From: Ylistrum balloti
Lineage: Eukaryota
Length of the DNA: 64,000 bases
Assembly: GCF_031769215.1 (NCBI RefSeq)
Contig: NW_026782173.1
Span: 2,294,001 to 2,358,000, forward strand
Reading direction: 5' to 3'
The translations under genes and the position numbers were made by a program. Below, piece after piece: positions 38,356-47,870 of this stretch (positions within the stretch are counted from its first letter, which is position 1; each line of letters opens with the position of its first letter). Below the pieces are notes generated by a model. The model saw only the letters and a list, made by a program, of their open reading frames with translations, made no database searches and had not been told where the DNA came from.

Positions 38356-39534
38356 ATGATGAAGAAACTTACCATAGCAATATTGGTGTGTCTCTTTGCG
38401 AGCTCATATGCTGGATCCTACGATAACATGGCGACACTGCACACGGACCTTCTGTCGAACAACTACTCACGATACATACGTCCTGTACAAAACCAAGATG
38501 ACGCAATAAGTGTAACATCAATTTTTTCAATGCCGTATTTTCGTGACTTCAACGCTGTCACCGGAACTTTCACTTTAATGGCATCTGTATACGTCGGTTG
38601 GTTGGATGCAAAATTAAACTGGAATCCTGCCAATTATGGGAATATTCAACTATCTTATTTTTCTGCGTCTCAGGTATGGACTCCAAATATTGTCATAGCA
38701 AGTAGCGTAGAAAGTGATGCTCTCTCACCCACATCTTCAGTAACCGTTACAAGTTCTGGGTATTCTTTTGCTCTCTATACTAAAATAGTGACATCAGCGT
38801 GTTCACCGGATATTACTTATTACCCATATGATGTTCACAGCTGCAATGTTTCTTTGGCATTGTGGGAACCATTTACAGTTATGGACTTGAATCTCAGTCC
38901 CCAGGGGGAATACTTTGACTTTACCGACAACTTATTTTGGATTGTATCCAGAAAAGGGGAACGGAAGTATATTTCTAGCAACTACACTTCAGTTATAGAT
39001 ATAACGTACTCAATAGAACGGCGACCTACCTATTTGATATATACTATCATGCTTCCTGTTTGCCTGTTGAATTTCGTTACCCTCCTGGCGTTTGTTCTGC
39101 CTGCAGATTCCGGGGAAAGAGTGTCGTTCGCTACTACCATGCTTTTAACCTTGACAATGTACATGACTATAATGTCGGACAGTATCCCTAACACCAGTGA
39201 CCCAGTGTCCATTTTCACGGTTTCACTGATGGTAAAACTCATTATCAGCGCCTTAATAGTGTTGTCAGTAATTATAACTCTGTGTATCTACCATACCAGT
39301 GAGGATAAACCCATTCCTAAATGGTTGCTTTTCTGCTGCAAACTGAAGCCAGGACAAGTGGAGGCAGAAAAGAATGAGGTTGTTGAAAATGTGTACAAAT
39401 CGCAGAACATTGGGACGGTTGCTACCTGGCAAGCTATAGGGAAACGTTTGGATGTAGCTTTCTTTATATTGTTCTTTGTTTGTACTCTTACGGAGACTCT
39501 TGTAAATGTAGTAAGAATTACCTACCGTCTATAA
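38356..39534 (+). CDS. R6: nAChR-like Cys-loop channel subunit (non-alpha), single coding exon
   Basis: ATG at 38356 (MMKKLTIAILVCLFASSYA|GSY), Cys-loop CSPDITYYPYDVHSC, PADSGERVS, four TM helices, AATAAA at 39569. Confidence 0.94.
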   Translation: MMKKLTIAILVCLFASSYAGSYDNMATLHTDLLSNNYSRYIRPVQNQDDAISVTSIFSMPYFRDFNAVTGTFTLMASVYVGWLDAKLNWNPANYGNIQLSYFSASQVWTPNIVIASSVESDALSPTSSVTVTSSGYSFALYTKIVTSACSPDITYYPYDVHSCNVSLALWEPFTVMDLNLSPQGEYFDFTDNLFWIVSRKGERKYISSNYTSVIDITYSIERRPTYLIYTIMLPVCLLNFVTLLAFVLPADSGERVSFATTMLLTLTMYMTIMSDSIPNTSDPVSIFTVSLMVKLIISALIVLSVIITLCIYHTSEDKPIPKWLLFCCKLKPGQVEAEKNEVVENVYKSQNIGTVATWQAIGKRLDVAFFILFFVCTLTETLVNVVRITYRL

Positions 39535-42500
39535 TGTACTTTGATATCCCTAAATGGTTCCTCCTGACAATAAACATGAAATTGAAATGTTTGCTATGAA
39601 ATCGTGATTATTATTACGCGTGTTTGCCTTCCTATGGTTTAATGAAATGGAATGTATCAATGAGTATCAGAAATTCATGTTTAGTGTGAGCAATTGAAAT
39701 TAAAATATTATATACTAACTTGAATATTAATATGCTTGTAGCCGCCTTATTGTGTTAGATTAACCGTGGTGTAATTGAATATTTCGTTTCATCTTCCTGT
39801 CGTCACGGATTTAACATAATATACTCTTCCCTTTTATCAAATCAATATGTATTATGATGTATTAACCATTATTATGGGTACTATAACATGAACAGTTGTA
39901 TATTATTACGAGATCAACGACGTCTGACAATTACAGTGGTAATGTCAGTTGCTGGTTAAGGATTAAAGCAAATATTTATATATTTTTTCAAATGTTATTT
40001 ACCTTACAAATACCTTTTATCAAAACAAAACAATGAAATCCAGTTTTCACTTAGTATTGTGCTCTTGCATATTTGACATTCATCTATACTTAGCTATTTA
40101 AAGTTTGTTATCTTTTCGACATTATCCGTGATATGATGTGTCCATTATGTTACCTTATCATTATTATAAGTTTTATTCAATTGTATATGTTTGTTTGTAT
40201 TACGAGGGTGATGGAAGATTTTATAGACCAATAATTGCAGTATCTCAGACACTACTCAATAGTATTATGCTGCGTGTTAAGTTAAAGTATTGTACAATTA
40301 ACAATCGATACTTAATTCTTTCTGCTTACTTAACTATCGAAAAGGAAAAGGGAAATTGTCTTTCTCATTCATCGACAGTCTATTAACATAATGAAAGCAA
40401 GTTATAATGGTAACGAGAACTGTTACCTAAGTTTCCTAAACGCAACCGCAGTCGTAAAGAAAATCTAAAAGAAATTTGACTCTATCAAATTTTCACTACA
40501 AAAGCCGTTACTTTGTCTAATCAGGTAACGGAAGTGTGGGCTTTGTTATAACTAATCTCCATTCCAAATTTGATTAAACTTTAAGAATATTATAACTTCC
40601 CCACATTAGTCGCATCTCTATGGCAGCCATTTCGTCGCTGTTTGTCAAGTCAGATAACACCTATATACCGACTTGAAAATCGGATAATATTTTTTTACCA
40701 ATCGAAAGTCACCTCTCAGCGGTCATTTTGCAAAATCAAAAACCGACCTCGCCATCATGTTCTTGTTGCCAAGCAACCTCTCTATACCAATTCAGTCTGT
40801 GTAGGAATACAGATGTTGTAGATGTCTTCCCAGTGAGCAAAAATGGCTGCCAGTCACTTTCGGTTAATATAAAATTCTGACGATCCGTAGTTGTCGGACT
40901 TAGTAAGAGGCCTTTAAGAAACATAAAGCAACTCAAGAAGTTCTACAATTTTAGTATAAGTTTATTGTCAAACACGTAATTATCACCAAAACAAATCTTA
41001 TTTTAGCTGTAACTTTCAAGTTTGCCAACGTCCTCTGCTAGACGTCAATCTGACGTTTCACACATGGAATCCGTTACTGAATTATATGTAAATGTAAAGG
41101 TAATCACTGAACAGCAACCATCTATCAAACAAATGGCATCTGTATCGAATGCATGTTACCATCTGGTAACAGATCAGTACTTACATGTAAATTAAAGATC
41201 TCAAATGTAGCCGAGTGATGTAAGATCATTTGATGCCAATGTACTGAGGTAATGTAATGGGTTAAACATAGCACAGCCATTAACATGTTCATTTCTAATG
41301 TCTTATTATAGGGATACGTCGGTTTGAAAATATGATAAAACAGACAAGTAATGCAAGGTTTCCTGAAGCTCAGAAGTGAACGCTATTGTTGTCGTGTTAT
41401 GACTTTTCTAAAACGAGAACGAATGGAACCGTATAGCAATACCATTTTCATGGAGAGAAAAGTCAAGAGTAAAATCTATGATATTTACCAGTAAATAATT
41501 GCCGTGGTCCTACCACTGGGTATGATTTCCCCAGCGAGACTTCTGTGTGGATTGCATAACAGTTTTTATGCAAATGCACTATTCGCAAAATGCAACCAAA
41601 TCGATTTAATTGCCATTCCACAGAAATATTTCGCTTATTATTGTAAAATCTTCATTGATTGTGAAATATGTTCATTATTAAGATACACAAGATTAATTTG
41701 GCATTAACAAACCAAACCACGAAGAAAATGTTTTGACATGAATCACATGCGCAGTTCTAGGTAGAACATTACGGTTGTTCGATTAAGAATTTTTCAATAG
41801 CTTCATTAAGACGTGTACATGCCTTCCTTTCAATTTTGTTCTTTTGTATTTATAATTGTGTCATAAAATAAAGATTGGTCTGTCTTCAAATTACTTGCTA
41901 ACAAAATAATAAATGATAACAGATTATGTTTTATATCTTATTATTAAACTGTATTCAAATGTCAATGTGCAAATTGCCGCAACTTGGGTTCGAAAATAAG
42001 GAACCTCAATTAAGAGGCCCTTTCTATAAAGGCCACTTTCATAATTTCCAAACAGTGGCCGTTTAATACAGGTTAGACTGTATACACTGTTTGCCTGAAG
42101 CACATGCTTCCAGGGAAATCCTTTGAATTCAATACATATTGAAATTCCTATATGAGTGAGGTGATAGAAATGCTGGTGGATTTGAAAAGTCGACCATGAC
42201 AGTGCACATTTATTTCCAGACAAGAATCACCACTAAACCAAAAGTCTACTCAGTTAGTAAACATGTTTGTCTACAAACGCAAAATGTATTATAACTTTTG
42301 AACAGAATACGTTTGGAATGTTTAATTACACAATTATGCAATTTATTCCTTCAGTCTTACTTTTGATCGAGAAGCCTCTTCAGAAAACATGCCATTACAC
42401 CATGAAATGTTACATGTCACCGATGGGTAATAAATGGAATTGGTTATATTGTCTTAAAATATAAGTTCCACTTCTGACTGGCCAGAATAGTAATCACCAA

Positions 42501-43979
42501 CACTGGTTACATACTTTCTACCAAAAGCTTATATTTGGGTTGCTTTCTGTGCTTTCCATTTCTACTCAAGATTGACTTAATGAAACTACGAAACCTTGTT
42601 TCATTTGTCAAGTTATTTGACTAGATTAACATTGATCTAGACGTATCGATACCTCCTTTACATATTCTGTAAGGGGAGATTAAAAATGTTCGATGTTAGG
42701 CTTTCAATAAGATCAACCATTTGCTCCAGATTAGCATAATACATATTGATAAAGATAAGTAATGTTTGTGATAATTATCAAATAAATCAAAATGTGACAT
42801 TATGGTAATTTTTAGCAGAACAGATTTGTTTTCCATGTTTTGATATCTGCTTGAGATCTTACAAATGTTGTCGTCTGCTTCAACTTACTTTTACATTTAA
42901 AAAATTGAAGAGTTTGTCAGTCTAATTTCTCCCAAAACTCGCTTATCCAACAAATATCAGTTCTCTGACACTGCATGTAACAATATTCTTGATCGTGCCT
43001 TTTATTGTTGCTGCTACACTCGTTCATCTTGTGACATCACATCCTATAAGATCCAATTCAGCGTGAGCTACGCTTATGCTAATTGGTAGGACAGGTGAAA
43101 ATCGGACATTACATACGTCAATATCTCAGTATTGTGCTGGCGGAGTATAATGCGGTTTTCAATCTTTTTTAGTTTGGATCAAACATTATAATTTCCTTAT
43201 TTCGTTCAGAGTACATTTAAAATCCTAACCAACGATATTCGGACGAATGGACGGAGACAAAAGCTATGTGATTTAAAAAGCAATCAAATTAAAACACCTG
43301 AGTTAACAATATTTGCTTTCTGATATGTAGACGACAGTGTTTAAGGATGGCAAAGCAAAGACAATATGAACACATTATCGATTGGCTCTGAAGCAATCCT
43401 CTACGGACAACAATGCACTGGATATTGGTGGATTTAGTCTGTTTGTTTTGCTAATGACTTTTGGTTATCAAACGAGGTATACATTTCACAAACAGTCGAA
43501 GTGCGTCATCACTTAGGTAAGATGATGAATTGTATTTCGAAATTTGCAAATATCCATTTCGTCTTATTTTCAAGATATATATGCTGTGTTTCATGTCGGT
43601 TATCAATTGCATAACGTTATGAGGGTTTATGTTTTCATGGTGTCACATCGGATATTTCTCGCACCACAGACGGGAATATCCCTGGTAATACCCACCCTAA
43701 AATTTTCTATCTCGCTCGATCTGTCCAGTACCCTTACGTGCGTTTTTGCGGATATTTTACGCATCGGTGTATTCATCCGCGTGAAGGCGCAAGTGGCACC
43801 TACACCCGTGCATTTCAACAAAGAAAAATATAGGTTATGTCGTTGTTAAGGTGTTGTTAAGATTAATGATGTTGTAGATAAAATAACATCTTCACTGTAA
43901 AATGCTGTTAAAAGTGAAGAGGCTGTGTGGGTAGTTTGAGGCTCCCACGGGATACGCCGAACTCTGATAAGAGTGCGAG

Positions 43980-44144
43980 AAAATTACTATTACCTATAAC
44001 TGAGCGAGATCTTGGTATCTCAGTATCTAGCTAAGACCCTGAAACACCCTAACCTCGGCTAAGACCTCGGTTGGGATGAGGTTACAGGATCTTAGCCCTT
44101 GGCAGATATACCCCGATCTCGTTCAGTTACAGGTGACAGATTTT
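43980..44144. mobile_element. Small foldback/MITE-like element with nested imperfect inverted repeats
   Basis: TATAACTGAGCGAGATC (43995-44011) pairs with GATCTCGTTCAGTTACA (44115-44131) at 15/17. An inner pair GCTAAGA / TCTTAGC is also present. Confidence 0.55.
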
Positions 44145-44177
44145 AATAGTCTGTAGCGGATCATAAAGGACGGTAAT

Positions 44178-44407
44178 CAGGGGCGTAGCAAGCCCAGCAG
44201 AAATGTGTAAGCCCATTCGAGGGGTCTGAATTTCATGATTTCAAAGATGTTTGGAATCGTTTTCTGAGACAGTTTCTTTTTTATTTAACTTCAACCCTTG
44301 GTATCTATTTTCAACCTTAATTTTGTAATTTTGTCCCACATACTCTATGCACGGATTTTTTTATGTGTAAGCCCGGGCTTTTTCTTTCTATGGAAGCTAC
44401 GCCCCTG
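44178..44407. mobile_element. MITE with 12-bp perfect TIRs (CAGGGGCGTAGC) and 5-bp flanking direct repeat GTAAT
   Basis: TIRs at 44178-44189 and 44396-44407; GTAAT at 44173-44177 and 44408-44412; no coding capacity. Confidence 0.8.
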
Positions 44408-44419
44408 GTAATTGTCTGT

Positions 44420-44600
44420 AATATTGAGACGGATCTCACAAGTGAATGTAGATATCACTGGGTTATCAATCGCATTGGTTATGGGCGGGTTATTGTCACT
44501 CATTGGTCATATTGAGACGGATCTCACAAGTGACCAACAAAATCACAGTGTTATCAATCTTGCTGGTTATGGGCGTCTTGTCGTCTGTCATTGGTCATAT
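44420..44600. repeat. ~88-bp tandem duplication (2 diverged copies)
   Basis: ATATTGAGACGGATCTCACAAGTGA and GGTTATGGGCG...CATTGGTCATAT each occur twice about 88 bp apart. Confidence 0.75.
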
Positions 44601-45889
44601 TTGGATGGTTTTAATGAACTATTGCCTGTAATGTAATAATCAGCATTTGTGTTGGCAATAGGAAAGTTTTAAGTATTGACATGTCGTGAATGTGAAAGAA
44701 ACAATTTGTAACTATTCACATTCATAGGTAGGTCATTTTCCTGAATGTTTTTTTTCACATCCTGATGATGACGCACGGCTAATCTATGATGTATATAACA
44801 ATATCTGAATTCAAATTCCAAGAGAACACATCATGATAAGTGGATTGCCTTTCAAATTCACACACCTTGGGAATGATATGTGACTGAAAGATGGGTACAT
44901 TGTTAGCAAACCTGTATGGCGATGATATCAAAGTTGACATGCCCAATTTAATGATTAGAAAATGCGTCGTGGTGTTATAATGATTGTAGTGAACTTGAAT
45001 TGACTAAAGAGAGGTAAATCAAACATCTGGGAAGCATATGGGTTGTTATCGACAGAATCAACTTCTACTTGAGAGTATCATAATGCTGCAATCATGAACT
45101 TGAATGACAGGCCTTATTGAACACATACTTTGGTCAACCACAACGATCACTTTGATTTCTACAGAAAGGCAATTAACTTCGTATTAATTACTGATCATCT
45201 CTAAATTAAACTTCTCATGTACTCTGTCTTATGTAACCTGCATGCCATGTTTTGATTCTCTCAAACTGTAGCATGGATCATAATATACACATGTACTTTA
45301 CGTTCGTTTAGTATCATTCAATATTGAAATTTATGGAATGTATTGAATATTGTGGCTAATGACCTCCTGAATAACTTTTGCCCTTATCATCACTGACGAG
45401 AAGCACCACATTGAATATAACATTACGTTAGTCTACGTTATCTCAGGTGAACTCTCTGTGTGACGATTTTCGTTTCTCATGAAACTGAGAAGCGAATCGG
45501 TCTCTGCTTTTTTGGTTGTGTAATTGGCAACTACATTGATATTCCATCTCTTGAAAAATGAGTATGTTCACGGGTTGGCGATAAACCATTCACTTCACTG
45601 TAAATAAAATGAAACTTCTCTATTCATTGTCAACATTCTGTGTTGAAGCTCGTGGAAATTAATCTAAATCTCCACTTTATAAGTGTTTACCCGTGACAAA
45701 AGGACTATGTTTTCCACTTGTAAATCTATTGATATCTACTTTACTGCAACGCACACAACAAAACAGTGACATCAGGCGGGGACACATAAAGTTATTCTGT
45801 AGGTGTGTCAAACCGTTTTATTGATGTGTTTTTACATCAGCTTACGTATATCAATCAAGATTGTGTAAGGCAGATGAGGTACGTTTTGT

Positions 45890-45910
45890 TTTCCATACTG
45901 TTCTTTCTAG
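45890..45910 (+). other. Probable splice acceptor of a 5'-UTR intron of R7
   Basis: Polypyrimidine tract ending ...TTCTTTCTAG| 18 nt upstream of the ATG at 45929. Confidence 0.55.
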
Positions 45911-45928
45911 GTAACAACATAGTAACTA

Positions 45929-47185
45929 ATGGCAATGATTAACAGGGTGGTAACACTGTGTTGCATCGCATCCTTTACATCTGCGGCTTCATACAGCCAG
46001 GTACGGGATCTGTACAACAGTCTCCTTATCAACTACACCAGCAATATCAGGCCAGTGTTAGATCAGACCAAAGCTATCAATGTTGACATCGACGTTATGC
46101 TCCACAGCATTAACTTGTTTGATGAAGTTTCTGGTAAACTTTCTATGTCAGGCATCTTCAGATTTTCCTGGACGGACGAATTGCTGCAATGGAACCCGAT
46201 GTCGGCTAACGGTATATCCTCTATGATGTTTACTACGTCACAGGTATGGGTACCAAATGTTTTTATCGGCAACGGCGTGGATCAAACAAATATCTTCAAA
46301 CCAAGCGACTCCATCGAAATATCCTACACTCGAGAAGGCAGCGCCTCTTTACGATTTTTCCAAATTTTCGATGTTGTTTGTCAGGCTGGTATGACGTATT
46401 ACCCAAACGACATTCACACATGTAAAATCGAAATGGCACAAATGACAAATCTGGATCTAGTGAATCTCACTTCTTCGAAGGGGATCATACTGACCGCATA
46501 CTATTCCAACCTCATTTGGAATGTCGAGTCCACTACAATGGAAAATGTAATCGTTGGAAGGCAGTCTAAGGCGATGTTCTATATTACAATAGGTCGGCGA
46601 CCGACCTTTATTTTTCTTACTCTTGTATTACCGATTATTGCCTTAAATTATGTGAATCTCCTTGTGTTCTTCATACCGACCGACTCGGGGGAGAGGATAT
46701 CCTACTCCATCACAGTACTGCTGACCTTCACTGTTTATCTGTCAGTGTACTCAGACAAGGTACCACCACTAAGTCTACCAATAGGTATCTTCAGCGTGTC
46801 CATGCTCATCAAGCTGTTCACTAGCTGTCTCATATCGCTTTCCTGTATCGTCATCTCGAGGATAAGCTACTATCAAGAAGATTATCCAGTTCCTTCTACA
46901 TTGCAGAAACTAACTGCAAGCTTTCGTCGGAACAGAAAGATACGAAGCTCCCTGAAAACACCAGCACGCCAAAACTCGACTGTTGATGTTGTGGAAACTA
47001 TGTGCAACACTCGTGAGGCTGAAACTCTCTCTCGGGATGAAAATCGTTCTCAGCCCTCTACTCCTGTGACGGTAGTCTGGAAGGAAGTTGTTGACTTCTT
47101 GGACAAACTGTGTCTTGTGTTATTCACACTGACGTCTACAGTTGAAACAGTTGTGTGTTTAATCCTCATAATAACTCGTCATTGA
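45929..47185 (+). CDS. R7: most divergent nAChR-like Cys-loop channel subunit (non-alpha), single coding exon
   Basis: Signal peptide MAMINRVVTLCCIASFTSA|ASY, WVPNVFIGNG, Cys-loop CQAGMTYYPNDIHTC, PTDSGERISYSITVLLT M2, four TM helices. Confidence 0.93.
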   Translation: MAMINRVVTLCCIASFTSAASYSQVRDLYNSLLINYTSNIRPVLDQTKAINVDIDVMLHSINLFDEVSGKLSMSGIFRFSWTDELLQWNPMSANGISSMMFTTSQVWVPNVFIGNGVDQTNIFKPSDSIEISYTREGSASLRFFQIFDVVCQAGMTYYPNDIHTCKIEMAQMTNLDLVNLTSSKGIILTAYYSNLIWNVESTTMENVIVGRQSKAMFYITIGRRPTFIFLTLVLPIIALNYVNLLVFFIPTDSGERISYSITVLLTFTVYLSVYSDKVPPLSLPIGIFSVSMLIKLFTSCLISLSCIVISRISYYQEDYPVPSTLQKLTASFRRNRKIRSSLKTPARQNSTVDVVETMCNTREAETLSRDENRSQPSTPVTVVWKEVVDFLDKLCLVLFTLTSTVETVVCLILIITRH

Positions 47186-47660
47186 TATAACACTGTTTCA
47201 CGTGCTATGCTGAGAGTTTATTTCAATATAAATTTCGTGTTTAGCGCTTTTAACAGATAAGTATTACTTAAAAGATTGTTTCTTCTTCAGAATGAAATAT
47301 TATTTAGTAGTTTTATAGATTTCTGTACATGGATAAAAAGGTCTACAAATATTTTGGTCTATCAAAATATCAGTGTTTCTAGATTAACTAGCACATTAAC
47401 AATGATTTTTTTTCCAAAATTAACAATTTTTTTCAATGAAATTTTAGCACGATCGTAAAAAATGAGAAGCATGCAAGTGACCACTTTCGAGTGAGCTATC
47501 ATAGAAGCTGTCCTATTTGGTAACTTTGTGACTCAGGTAAGTGGCTAGTGAACAGGTGGGTAAGAGATAATACTGCATAGTATCGAGCGATTTCTTTTAT
47601 GCACCAATTCAGATTCCTAAGATTTTGACGACTTTTGGAAGTTTTTTTACGACAAGTAGG

Positions 47661-47870
47661 TACTGTATACGAGGAATTTTGGCCCCCGTTTAATTTTCGC
47701 CCTTTTCATCCATGAACAGGGAGGGCAAATTTAAGATGTGGCGAAAATGTGTAATACTTACATTACCGTTTCATATAATCTTCAGAGGGCAAAATTACTA
47801 GGAGGCGAATACGTGTATAATGATGCAAGCACTAAAATAACACGGGGAGAAAATGTCCAGGTAAACAGTA
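47661..47870. mobile_element. MITE with imperfect ~40-bp TIRs and TA ends (Tc1/mariner-like non-autonomous)
   Basis: TACTGTATAC... at 47661 versus ...GTAAACAGTA at 47870, with further partial inverted similarity inside. Confidence 0.55.

Noticed and set aside
20481-39242. Recurrent 70-100-aa antisense ORFs opposite each pore block
   Set aside because: They recur only because the sense block is homogenised; stop-free antisense frames are common opposite hydrophobic codons.
41940-42090. Tc1/mariner MITE end (...TTAATACAGGTTAGACTGTA)
   Set aside because: Looks like one TIR, but no matching opposite end was found, so boundaries cannot be given.
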